A stretch of 64,000 nt of DNA from Clostridium sp. CAG:1000. GTDB taxonomy: Bacteria > Bacillota_I > Bacilli_A > RF39 > UBA660. Below, one piece after another: positions 54,993-64,000 of this stretch. The position numbers were made by a program, and so were the translations under genes. Within the stretch, counting starts at the first letter, position 1, and the number at the start of each line of letters is the position of its first letter. Location of the stretch: assembly GCA_000436975.1 (NCBI GenBank), contig HG000339.1, positions 20,796 through 84,795 of the forward strand, in the 5' to 3' direction. Under the pieces are notes generated by a model, which saw nothing but the letters and a program-made list of their open reading frames with translations, had not been told where the DNA came from and did not search any database.

Positions 54993-56431
54993 TATTTACC
55001 TCCTTTTTTATAAAATATTGAGAATAGTGAACTCTTTCTCTTAATTAAACTATTACCATTATATTTATTGTTAATATTTTTAAATACTGTATTGGATAAA
55101 TCATATATGCTTCCCTCAGATAACGAATAATTATTTTTACTATAACTAATATCATCTACTATTATAGGAACTCTAACAGAAAAATTAATTTTACATAATT
55201 CCTGTTTTTTATTATACAACTCTTTTTCTATTCCATACAACGATGAAATTATTAATGCACCAGATATTTCTTTAATATAAGTATCTAAGATGCCAATTAT
55301 AATATCTATTTTTCTTAACTTTTCTTCAATGTCATCAACTAATTTACAGTCGCTAATATCATAATTAATAATTATTAATTCTTGCTCTTTATCTTTCAAA
55401 AAAGCTAGTAATTTATCTTTATCATATATGAAATCATCATCAGTAGCATAATATTTCAAGTCCGGATCTATTATATTTCTAAGCCCAGTAAAATAATAAT
55501 TTATAAATGGACATCTAGATTTCTTATCTAATATTAAACATTTTGAATTTATAGATTTAAGTGAATTTAACGCATATGTCGATGATACTGCAAAATTATT
55601 CATGAATGGTATTTTTTTATGTGATTTAACAGGAAATAAAGAGTAATATCCTATTGAATTAATATCTAAAGCTTTATATTTTTGAATATTTATTTCATCT
55701 ATGAACTGATCAACATTAACATTTGAATAATTAAAGAATAGAATTTGATCATTATTTTCAAGGGCAAAATCACTGTTTAGCATAAATGTCCTCATATTAT
55801 TCGGAGTAGTTCTAGTGCTAACACAAGTGTTAAATCTTTTTTCTATATCTTTCCACTTTTCTCCTACTACTGTAACAAACGATCTTATATAATCTCTTAA
55901 TGTTGATAAGTTGTTAATATTATTTTCCCCTGTTATTAATCCTATTTTTACTTTTGATGATACCTCATAATTAAGAGTATTAAAGTATGGTAACATAATT
56001 TTATAATCATTTAGTGACTTTTGCGTAAAAATCAAGTGAAGACATACTTTAGTATTTATATAAGTTAATATATATTTTAAGTACACACTCAAATGTTCTA
56101 TAGTAGTACTATTATCCCAATAACAAATAATATGTAATTTAGATTTATTGTTATTTGTTTGTTGAATAGCATATTGTAATACTTGATTATTTTTATATGT
56201 TTCATTATATATATTATTAGAAATTATACTATAAGAAAGTGGCATCTTAATGCCTATACTAAAATCTCTGTAAGCATCTTTATAATCTAAGTAATTACTT
56301 GTCAAAGATGAAAAAAATCCATCTTTAGTCAATCTATCTAAATTGGGCATTAATTCTTTTTTATATACATTATAAGAATCTTTTTGCTCAATACCAAAAC
56401 CATTTATTAGTAATAATATGTTTTTCTTCAT
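54992..56431 (-). CDS. divergent cofactor-independent phosphoglycerate mutase-like protein, probably non-catalytic
   Basis: 479 aa, collinear with iPGM blocks (LLLINGFG vs ILDGFG; ILFFNYSN vs IIFYNFRPDR; IIINYDISD vs IILNYANPDMVGH). The metal/Ser signature residues appear replaced. Confidence 0.4.
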   Translation of the reverse strand: MKKNILLLINGFGIEQKDSYNVYKKELMPNLDRLTKDGFFSSLTSNYLDYKDAYRDFSIGIKMPLSYSIISNNIYNETYKNNQVLQYAIQQTNNNKSKLHIICYWDNSTTIEHLSVYLKYILTYINTKVCLHLIFTQKSLNDYKIMLPYFNTLNYEVSSKVKIGLITGENNINNLSTLRDYIRSFVTVVGEKWKDIEKRFNTCVSTRTTPNNMRTFMLNSDFALENNDQILFFNYSNVNVDQFIDEINIQKYKALDINSIGYYSLFPVKSHKKIPFMNNFAVSSTYALNSLKSINSKCLILDKKSRCPFINYYFTGLRNIIDPDLKYYATDDDFIYDKDKLLAFLKDKEQELIIINYDISDCKLVDDIEEKLRKIDIIIGILDTYIKEISGALIISSLYGIEKELYNKKQELCKINFSVRVPIIVDDISYSKNNYSLSEGSIYDLSNTVFKNINNKYNGNSLIKRKSSLFSIFYKKGGK

Positions 56432-56448
56432 ATTTATCTCCTATAAAA

Positions 56449-59067
56449 TTATTTATTGTTTCTTCTAATATATTTGTATATTTCAATAATTAATAGCACT
56501 GGTAATGCTAAAATCAGTAAAATAAACATATGTGGATATGGTACACTATATGTTTGCAATAATATTGATAGAATAGGTACCTCCATTACGATAATTTGTA
56601 AAATAATTGTTAACACTATCGTTATTAGTACAAAAGGATTTTCTTTAAATCCATTTTTAAATACAGATTTTTCTTCACTTCTACAATTTAATACATGTAT
56701 ATTTTGCATAAATACCATTAAAGCCAATATATATCCTCTAGCATGTGCAACTTCAAAGTTCAAATATTTTATCATTATAAACCATACATCAAATACTATT
56801 ATGCCCATAAATAAGCCAGATGCTAGTATTTGCTTAATCATTTCTTTTTCAAACAAACTCTCACTTGTCTTCCTAGGCTTTTGTTTCATTATAGTATCTG
56901 TTTCACGTTCAAAAGATAATGCCATATCTTGAAGGCCATCTGTTACTAAATTTAGCCATAGCAATTGTATTGCTACTAACGGCATTGGTAAATTAAATAG
57001 TATTGCTAAAACAAAGAACAGTACCTCTGCAAAGCCACAAGATAAAAGTAATATACTTATTTTTCTAATATTTGAATAAGCATTTCTGCCTTCTTCTATA
57101 CCTGCAACAATTGAAGCAAAGTTATCATCTATTATGATCATATTTGCAGTTTCCTTAGCAACATCAGTACCACTTCCCATTGCAACACCAATATTTGCGG
57201 CTTTTATTGCAGGAGCATCATTTACACCATCCCCAGTTACAGCTACAAACTCACCCATTCTTTGTAGAGATTCAACGATTTTTAATTTTTGTAAAGGCGT
57301 AACTCTTGCAAATACTTTTTTGTTTTTTATGCAATCGTCAAATTCTTTTTCGTTCACACAAAATTCTAACTCTTCGCCCGTTATCACTTCATCATAATTT
57401 TTAACAATGCCTAACTCTTTTGCTATTGAAAAAGCTGTTAGTGAATGATCCCCTGTAATCATAAGCACTTTTATTCCTGCTCCAAAACACTCTTTTATTG
57501 AAGAAATAGCTTCCTTTCTTACAGGATCTATAAATCCTACCAAACCTACAAAGTTTAAATTTTTAATTTTTGATTCATCTATTTTTTTGCCTTTAATTTC
57601 TCCATCACAAATTGCAATTACTCTATACCCTTTACTAGCAAGTTCATCATTTTGTTTTAATATTTCTTCTTCATTTAATTTTTCTTTTTTACCGTTAACA
57701 AAACTATGTGAACAAAACTTAAGTATTTCTTCTACGGAACCCTTAGCGGTACAATGAACACCATTTCCATTATCATAAAATACTGCAGAGTATTTTTTTT
57801 CTGATTCATAGGGCACTTCTTTAATCTTCTTCATTGAATTATTATTAACTTTTAGCTTGTACGACAATGCCAAAAATGCAACATCAATTGAATCACCGAT
57901 TCTTTCCCACCTATTATTAACTCTTTCTAGTTTTGCTTCATTATTAATATATCCTAAACTAGCAATATACTTTGCATTATCAATATTTTTACCTTTTACC
58001 CCACCTACATCATTATAACCGTTTCCATCTATTTCATATATTTCATTATTCGGTAAAACTATTTTTTTAGCAGTTTGTTCATTTACTGTAAGAGTGCCAG
58101 TTTTATCACTCGCGATTACAGTACAACTTCCTAAACTTTCAACAGCAGTTAGCTTTTTGCATATTACATTCCTTTTGCTCATTTTATTAGACCCAATGGT
58201 CAATGCCATTGTTAAAGCAAGTGGTAACCCTTCAGGCATTGCCGATACTGATAAAGCAACCACAGCTAAAAATATTTCTAAAGGTTTGTAATCTTTATTA
58301 AAAAGTACTATAGCTATTATAACTGCAATTATCGCAATAATTAAAGTTATTTGCTTTGAAAACTTTTCCATTCTAATGGTTAATGGTGACTTAGATTCTT
58401 CAGTACTTGTAACTTTCTGAGCTATTTTTCCAACTTCTGTATTAATACCTGTTGAAGATACAACTGCTTTTGCCCTACCTGTTAATACAGAACATCCTGC
58501 ATATAAGCAACAATTGGTAATATTATTAATAGATGATTTGTCTGATTTACTAACAGCAATACTTTCTCCAGTTAGAATTGATTCATCAACAGTTAAATTA
58601 TTTGATTCTATTATCCTGCAGTCAGCCGGAATTTTGCTTCCTGACTCCAAAATTATTATATCCCCAGGAACAACTAAAGCCGAGTCTATTTCACAATGTT
58701 TAGCATCTCTAATTACTTTAACTTTTACTTTTATTAAATTTTTAAGAGCTTCAGAATTTTTATTTGCTTTAAATTCTTGTATAGTTGAAACTATCGCATC
58801 CACCATAATAATAAATAATATAGCTACCCCATCTAAGGTTTCTCCAACAACAAATGACAATATTGTGCACATAATAAGCACATATATTATTGGATCTTTA
58901 AGTGACTCAAAAAATATTTTATATAATGGTTTATTTTTTTCTTTTGGAAGTTCATTTAAACCATATTTAGACAATCTTTTTTTAACCTCTTTTTCACTTA
59001 GACCATCTATTGAAGTATTATAATTCTCTAAAATTTCTTTTTTTCTGCTTTTCATACTATCCACCAT
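56449..59067 (-). CDS. cation-transporting P-type ATPase (Ca2+/PMCA-SERCA-like)
   Basis: 872 aa with DKTGTLT, TGDGVNDAPAIKAANIGVAMG and PEGLP in TM4. Confidence 0.8.
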   Translation of the reverse strand: MVDSMKSRKKEILENYNTSIDGLSEKEVKKRLSKYGLNELPKEKNKPLYKIFFESLKDPIIYVLIMCTILSFVVGETLDGVAILFIIMVDAIVSTIQEFKANKNSEALKNLIKVKVKVIRDAKHCEIDSALVVPGDIIILESGSKIPADCRIIESNNLTVDESILTGESIAVSKSDKSSINNITNCCLYAGCSVLTGRAKAVVSSTGINTEVGKIAQKVTSTEESKSPLTIRMEKFSKQITLIIAIIAVIIAIVLFNKDYKPLEIFLAVVALSVSAMPEGLPLALTMALTIGSNKMSKRNVICKKLTAVESLGSCTVIASDKTGTLTVNEQTAKKIVLPNNEIYEIDGNGYNDVGGVKGKNIDNAKYIASLGYINNEAKLERVNNRWERIGDSIDVAFLALSYKLKVNNNSMKKIKEVPYESEKKYSAVFYDNGNGVHCTAKGSVEEILKFCSHSFVNGKKEKLNEEEILKQNDELASKGYRVIAICDGEIKGKKIDESKIKNLNFVGLVGFIDPVRKEAISSIKECFGAGIKVLMITGDHSLTAFSIAKELGIVKNYDEVITGEELEFCVNEKEFDDCIKNKKVFARVTPLQKLKIVESLQRMGEFVAVTGDGVNDAPAIKAANIGVAMGSGTDVAKETANMIIIDDNFASIVAGIEEGRNAYSNIRKISILLLSCGFAEVLFFVLAILFNLPMPLVAIQLLWLNLVTDGLQDMALSFERETDTIMKQKPRKTSESLFEKEMIKQILASGLFMGIIVFDVWFIMIKYLNFEVAHARGYILALMVFMQNIHVLNCRSEEKSVFKNGFKENPFVLITIVLTIILQIIVMEVPILSILLQTYSVPYPHMFILLILALPVLLIIEIYKYIRRNNK

Positions 59068-59117
59068 TATAATTATTATAAATTATTAATGATTTTTTTT
59101 CAATATAAAAGAATAAG

Positions 59118-60200
59118 CTAATCACTTATTCCTAATTTAACTTTAAAAGTTTTTTGCTCTTTCCCTCTGATTACTTTAATTTCAACTTCATCATTTGGTT
59201 CATATTTATACAAATAGTATCTTAACTCTGCCACACTTTTAACTTTATATTTTTCTATACCAATTATAACGTCCCCTTTTTCTAAACCTGCTTTATTACT
59301 AGGACCATTATCGGCTGTTGATATTACTATTACACCAGATGTTACCGAATTATCTATTTTTATCCCTTGCTTTGCTAAATAATAACCAGAAGTAGACATA
59401 TCAGCCATTTGAACACCTAAAAAAGGTCTTTGTATTTTTTCACCTTTAACTATTTTATTCGCATATAATAATGCATCTTCAATAGGTATTGAAAAACCTA
59501 TTCCTTCAATTTCTGATTGGACTATTTTCATTGAATTTATTCCGATTACTTCACCTGATACATTACATAAAGGCCCACCACTATTGCCAGGGTTTATTGC
59601 TGCATCAGTTTGCATAACATTCATTATCCAATCTTTAGATGAAGATGAGCCAACAGATACTTCTACCATTCTGTTTTTACCACTTAAAATTCCTCTTGTA
59701 ACAGTTCCTGAAAACTCAGAGCTCATCGGAGAACCAATTGTAAACACAGTATCGCCTACTTTAGCCTCCGAACTTTTACCTATCTTAGCAACATTTTTAG
59801 CATATTTTTTATCTATTTGTAAAACTGCAATATCGGCAAGTTCATCGCTTCCTAAAACCTTAGCTTCCAAACTCTCTCCATTAGTTAAAGTTATTTTTAT
59901 CTCGTCAGACGACTCAATAACATGATGATTGGTCATAATATAACCATCTTCAGCATAAATAAAACCAGAACCGATTCCTGAAAGTTTACCTTTTTTATAA
60001 TTCTCAACAACAACAACTGAATCATATATATTATCAATACCTGATGAAATACCCTCTTCATTAACTTTAACTACTTTTTGTATTTTACTTTCTGTCTTCA
60101 CTATACTATTAGGAAAATAATATATAAGCATATACATTAATGCACTTCCAGCAAATAATGATAATATGATGGTAACTATGTATGAAAGTTTTTTATTCAT
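59118..60200 (-). CDS. htrA: HtrA/DegP family serine protease with PDZ domain
   Basis: 360 aa with a TM anchor, TNHHV, GNSGGPL and a C-terminal PDZ domain. Confidence 0.85.
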   Translation of the reverse strand: MNKKLSYIVTIILSLFAGSALMYMLIYYFPNSIVKTESKIQKVVKVNEEGISSGIDNIYDSVVVVENYKKGKLSGIGSGFIYAEDGYIMTNHHVIESSDEIKITLTNGESLEAKVLGSDELADIAVLQIDKKYAKNVAKIGKSSEAKVGDTVFTIGSPMSSEFSGTVTRGILSGKNRMVEVSVGSSSSKDWIMNVMQTDAAINPGNSGGPLCNVSGEVIGINSMKIVQSEIEGIGFSIPIEDALLYANKIVKGEKIQRPFLGVQMADMSTSGYYLAKQGIKIDNSVTSGVIVISTADNGPSNKAGLEKGDVIIGIEKYKVKSVAELRYYLYKYEPNDEVEIKVIRGKEQKTFKVKLGISD

Positions 60201-60208
60201 AATGCCTC

Positions 60209-61138
60209 CTATTCTAAATATGATAATTGTTTATAATTTTCCGGAAATCCCATTCTATATAAAACCTTACTAACATCAATGACTTTAAGTTTACTTGAAA
60301 GTTTGTCTATTTCATAACAAATTTCATTCATCATCATTTTAAAATCATCTGTAGTTAATAACTCTTTAAGTATTATTAATAAAGCAAAAATGTCGTGTTT
60401 CCCATAAATATATTCATCATCAACTTTAGGAATACCTAACTGTAGATGAAAAGTTGTATCTGCTATAGTCTTTTGAGTTTCATGATTAAATAAAATATCT
60501 TCATGTGCACATAAATTTCTATAATTAGCAAGAATTGACATATAATTTTCTATTTTGTCTGGACTTAAATTATAATAATCAGCTATTTCTTTTCTATCCT
60601 CAGACTTAAGTATTGTAAATAATTCACTCATAAGGCCAAAACTTAATACTTTTACCCCTACCCACATTGGTATATAACCATAATTATTTATATAATGGCT
60701 AGTTGCTTGATGTTGATAACCATTTATTCTAATTTGCCTTTTTAATTTTCTAAGTAGGTCGTTAATTTGACTATTTTTTTCTTTACTTCTATCAAAATTA
60801 TTAATGTTTAAATAATCTTTTTCTTTATAACCATATTTTTTACTAAGAACATAACTATATATAGATTTGTAATTATTTTCAACAATCAAAACATTTTTAA
60901 AAATAATATTTCTAAAGAATCTGTCAAATGTAAATAATGAATATAACTCTTCAAAAGTAGTACCTTCAATAAATCTTTTTGTACCATTCATTAAAAATGG
61001 AGATCTATATCCATTCAAAAAAAAGTAATTTTCACGCAATAGTATTTCTCTAGCTTTATCATAATCTTCGAATACCATGCCCTTACTTCTTAATATTTCT
61101 ATTTGTTCATCAATTGTTTTAAATATTTTAGCAGCCAT
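60209..61138 (-). CDS. Abi family protein (AbiD/AbiF, Abi_2-like)
   Basis: 309 aa; ILANYRNLCAHEDILFN is typical of Abi_2 proteins. Inserted between htrA and rpsI downstream of the rpsI terminator. Confidence 0.65.
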   Translation of the reverse strand: MAAKIFKTIDEQIEILRSKGMVFEDYDKAREILLRENYFFLNGYRSPFLMNGTKRFIEGTTFEELYSLFTFDRFFRNIIFKNVLIVENNYKSIYSYVLSKKYGYKEKDYLNINNFDRSKEKNSQINDLLRKLKRQIRINGYQHQATSHYINNYGYIPMWVGVKVLSFGLMSELFTILKSEDRKEIADYYNLSPDKIENYMSILANYRNLCAHEDILFNHETQKTIADTTFHLQLGIPKVDDEYIYGKHDIFALLIILKELLTTDDFKMMMNEICYEIDKLSSKLKVIDVSKVLYRMGFPENYKQLSYLE

Positions 61139-61236
61139 CCCTATTACTCTCCTATGTTAAAATTATATCATAAATTGCTTTATTTAAAACTATTTTTTAA
61201 TATTTTTTATAACTTTGCAATATACCTGTCAACAAA

Positions 61237-61264
61237 AAGACTCAGCAAACAATTACTGAGTCTT
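61237..61264 (-). terminator. intrinsic terminator of the rplM-rpsI operon
   Basis: AAGACTCAGTAATTGTTTGCTGAGTCTT followed by TTTTG on the minus strand. Confidence 0.7.
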
Positions 61265-61276
61265 ACGTTAAATTTA

Positions 61277-61669
61277 CTATCTCTTACTGAATTGAGGTGC
61301 TCTACGAGCTTTCTTAAGGCCATATTTCTTTCTTTCTTTAATTCTAGCATCACGAGTGATCATTCCACTAGTTTTTAATACTGGTCTATTTTCACCATTA
61401 ACTAGCATTAAAGCTCTTGCTATACCTAATCTAATAGCACCGGTTTGCCCAGAAAAACCTCCACCTTTAACATTGATTTCAATATCAAATTTCTTTAAAG
61501 TATCAGTTAATTCTAATGGTTGGATTAAATCCATAACTAGTGTTTCGTAAGGCATATAATCCTTAACATCTTTTCCATTAACAGTAATTTTACCAGTTCC
61601 ATTAGTTAAAGTAACTTTAGCAACACTTCTTTTTCTTCTGCCTATTGCAGCATATTTATTTTCTGCCAT
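61277..61669 (-). CDS. rpsI: 30S ribosomal protein S9
   Basis: 130 aa ending [17 protein letters not shown]. Confidence 0.95.
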   Translation of the reverse strand: MAENKYAAIGRRKRSVAKVTLTNGTGKITVNGKDVKDYMPYETLVMDLIQPLELTDTLKKFDIEINVKGGGFSGQTGAIRLGIARALMLVNGENRPVLKTSGMITRDARIKERKKYGLKKARRAPQFSKR

Positions 61670-61670
61670 A

Positions 61671-62102
61671 TTATCTTACCTCTAAACTTTCTGGTTTTTG
61701 AGCTTGATGTTTATGTTCACTTCCAGCATAAACAAATAATTGCTTATAAATTTGTCTACCAAGTCTATTTTTTGGAAGCATACCTTTAACAGCTCTTTCT
61801 ACCATTTCAACAGGATATCTTTCTATCATAGTTCTTGCAGTTCTTTCTCTCAAACCACCTGGGTACCCACTATGATTATAGTACATTTTCTTATCTAACT
61901 TATTTCCAGTTAGATTAACCTTTTCAGCATTGATAATAATTACGTTGTCTCCGCAAGCAATATGAGGAGTATAAGTTGGTTTATTTTTTCCTCTTAATAC
62001 TGAAGCAGCTAAAGCAGCAACTTTACCTAAATTTTTGCCTTCAGCATCGATTATATACCACTTATGTTCAACGTCTTCTTTTCTTAACATAAATGTTTTC
62101 AT
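61671..62102 (-). CDS. rplM: 50S ribosomal protein L13
   Basis: [23 protein letters not shown]. Start moved to the ATG behind AAAGGAA; the ORF track extends to 62180. Confidence 0.92.
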   Translation of the reverse strand: MKTFMLRKEDVEHKWYIIDAEGKNLGKVAALAASVLRGKNKPTYTPHIACGDNVIIINAEKVNLTGNKLDKKMYYNHSGYPGGLRERTARTMIERYPVEMVERAVKGMLPKNRLGRQIYKQLFVYAGSEHKHQAQKPESLEVR

Positions 62103-62331
62103 ATTAATTCCTTTCTTTAATTTCCATGCTATCGCATTTGCAACTACGACATTTCTATCCCACAGAAACTGCACTTCCATTAAAATGTACCGGATATATT
62201 ATATAAAATGTATATGTAAAAGTCAAATGTTTTCAGTACTTTTTAAAAAAAAATATTATTTATATTAAAAATGGCTTCTTGACATTATAACCAACTTAAT
62301 TATATAATAGCAATATAATATGGAGGAATAA

Positions 62332-63378
62332 ATGAAAAGTAAAGGGTTGAAAATTATTTTAATTATTTTAATATTACTAACTGGAAGTGCAGGAGGTATC
62401 GGCTTTGTTCAGTCAAAAAAACAAACTGCGAATAATCCAAATGAAGAAAAAAATAAAATAACGTATGAATATTATTTGGAAGATGAACTTCAAGAAACAA
62501 TGCCTGTAAATACTCCGAATACAACTGATGAAAATGGAACCATTGTTGTAAGTGAACCTACTTATCAATTTTCAAGATTCACTTGTACAAATGATCTTAC
62601 CGGTGACTTTGATGTTGATAACTGGAAATTTATTCCGAAAGAAAATAAAACTAGTACATGTAAACTTTATTTTGTTAAAACTAATTATACCATAACATTA
62701 ACAGTTACTAATGGTGTTGAAGATGAAAATAATCCTAAAACAATTCAAAGAGAAAAAGATGGTAAATTTATTATAAAGCCTAACGAAGGGTATATATACA
62801 AAACAGCTGTATGTTCAGATAATAAAGAGGGTTCTTGGGATGAATCAACTAATACTTTTACCTTAAACGCTATTATGAAAGATATAACATGTAAAATTGA
62901 TTTTGATATAAAAAATTTACAGGCTGACATCACAGTAGTGAATGGTAAGGGTAATACCACAGAAAATACTAAATACGGTGAAAGTATTTCTGCTATAGTT
63001 CAACCAAACTCAGGATATGAAAAAGCAAAGATTGAGTGTACTAATAACCAAAGTGGAACTTTTACATCAAATAAGTTCACTATTCCAAAATTAACCGATA
63101 ATACAAAATGTACCATTACATTTGAAAAAGTTCCTGTAGTTAAACATACTCTAAAAATTAATATTGCTGATTCTACTAAATATTCAATATCAAGTGGTTC
63201 TGAATCCATGCCAGTAGATAATGGAAATGATGGAGTATTTGTTATTAATTCAACTGATGGTACTCAACCAATAGTTAAATGTAATAATATAGAATATAGT
63301 CCCGATGACACTGTTGGAAACTCATATAAATTTAAAATTTTACGTATAACAAAAGATATAACATGCAATATAAATTAA
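62332..63378 (+). CDS. membrane-anchored or secreted protein built of four ~75-aa repeats
   Basis: 348 aa with an N-terminal hydrophobic anchor. Each module ends in a T-C-x-(I/L)-x-F-like strand (TCKLYF, TCKIDF, KCTITF, TCNIN). Confidence 0.55.
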   Translation: MKSKGLKIILIILILLTGSAGGIGFVQSKKQTANNPNEEKNKITYEYYLEDELQETMPVNTPNTTDENGTIVVSEPTYQFSRFTCTNDLTGDFDVDNWKFIPKENKTSTCKLYFVKTNYTITLTVTNGVEDENNPKTIQREKDGKFIIKPNEGYIYKTAVCSDNKEGSWDESTNTFTLNAIMKDITCKIDFDIKNLQADITVVNGKGNTTENTKYGESISAIVQPNSGYEKAKIECTNNQSGTFTSNKFTIPKLTDNTKCTITFEKVPVVKHTLKINIADSTKYSISSGSESMPVDNGNDGVFVINSTDGTQPIVKCNNIEYSPDDTVGNSYKFKILRITKDITCNIN

Positions 63379-63446
63379 CGATAAACATATCGTTTTTTTA
63401 TTGAAAAAATATATTAAAAATGATAAATTATTTATGAGGAAAAAAT

Positions 63447-64000
63447 ATGTGGAAAATTGGAAATGTTAAAATTAATAATAGAGTGGTTTTCGCACCAATG
63501 GCAGGTATTTCTAATGAAAGTTATCGAACTATCATTAAAGAAATGGGCGCAGGTCTTATATATACAGAAATGGTTAGCACTATGGGAATAGTATACAATA
63601 GTAAAAATACAATGGACTTACTAAGAATAAATGATACTGAACGACCAATTAGTATACAAATATTTGGAAGTGATATAGAGAGTTTTGTCAAAGCCGCTAA
63701 ATTCGTAGAAGAAAATTATAAGCCTGATATTATTGATATAAATATGGGTTGTCCGGTACCAAAAGTGGCAATCAAATCACAAGCAGGTTCTGGTCTTCTT
63801 AAAGAACCAAAAAAAATTTATGATATAGTATCATCAGTAGTAAAAAATGTACGCACCCCAGTAACTGTTAAAATACGCGCTGGATGGGATAATGAAACAA
63901 TTAATTGTATAGAAGTTGCAAAAATTATTGAAAAAGCCGGAGCAAGTGCAATAGCCTTGCACCCTAGAACAAGAGTGCAAGGCTATAGCGGTAAAGCCAA
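63447..64000 (+). CDS. dus: tRNA-dihydrouridine synthase, N-terminal part (runs off the window end)
   Basis: Not in ORF track. GAGGA RBS, then MWKIGNVKINNRVVFAPMAGISNESYRTIIKEMGAGLIYTEMVS .. INMGCPVPKV. Confidence 0.85.
   Translation, partial: MWKIGNVKINNRVVFAPMAGISNESYRTIIKEMGAGLIYTEMVSTMGIVYNSKNTMDLLRINDTERPISIQIFGSDIESFVKAAKFVEENYKPDIIDINMGCPVPKVAIKSQAGSGLLKEPKKIYDIVSSVVKNVRTPVTVKIRAGWDNETINCIEVAKIIEKAGASAIALHPRTRVQGYSGKA

Noticed and set aside
311-63209. About 35 plus-strand or antisense ORFs of 60-176 aa in the ORF track. Examples: 311-712, 2231-2494, 12751-13065, 17025-17312, 19415-19705, 21719-22139, 22392-22864, 25236-25439, 35271-35513, 44993-45523, 56456-56932, 58514-59023, 59584-59925, 62745-63209.
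   Set aside because: All lie antisense inside well-supported longer genes or across intergenic AT-rich DNA. Their products are low-complexity (Ile/Leu/Phe/Ser rich), with no RBS or motifs. This is typical of shadow ORFs in AT-rich genomes.
1-64000. CRISPR arrays, rRNA or tRNA genes, prophage structural modules.
   Set aside because: No regularly spaced direct repeats, no rRNA or tRNA-like GC-rich conserved blocks, and no capsid, tail or terminase-like ORFs were seen.

Overview
Very AT-rich Firmicutes-type chromosomal segment, read by eye. G+C looks well under one third but was not computed. Almost every gene is on the minus strand. Sporulation-type genes (spoIID, a SpoIIQ-like M23 protein, whiA) and an agr locus suggest a Clostridia/Erysipelotrichia-like spore former. 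Two housekeeping blocks flank an accessory zone. The left block (1-20.8 kb) carries tpi-like, pgk, a CotH/VTC/DUF4956 cluster, glmS, gap, clpP, whiA, an M23 peptidase with ftsX/ftsE, and prfB. The right block (45.3-64 kb) carries secA, hpf, csp, agrBD with a convergent LytTR regulator and kinase, spoIID, rpiB, a Ca-type P-type ATPase, htrA, an Abi gene, rpsI-rplM and dus. The accessory zone (about 20.8-45.3 kb) sits at the 3' end of secA. A decayed copy of the SecA C-terminal zinc-finger codons lies 23.4 kb from the intact secA stop, and an integrase with clustered GTGGACAA repeats abuts secA. The zone holds an IME-like core (wHTH, xis, int, MobV relaxase, pMV158-like oriT nick motif) and a BcgI-like fused nuclease-methylase with S subunit and C-protein. 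It also holds about ten small gene units: XRE-TM regulators, radical SAM plus YoaP-GNAT, hsp20 with a CIRCE-like operator, mgtA behind a structured leader-like patch, XRE/CPBP/TraX, a tyrosine recombinase plus Fic, and others. An IS1182-family element is inserted in a terminator hairpin. The most unusual signal is a recurrent ~25-nt dyad-like motif (core AATATCTTAAT with CG-containing arms). It abuts the stop codon of unit after unit and is usually followed by a terminator hairpin, giving a cassette-array look that matches neither canonical integron attC nor dif. No rRNA, tRNA or CRISPR array was recognised.
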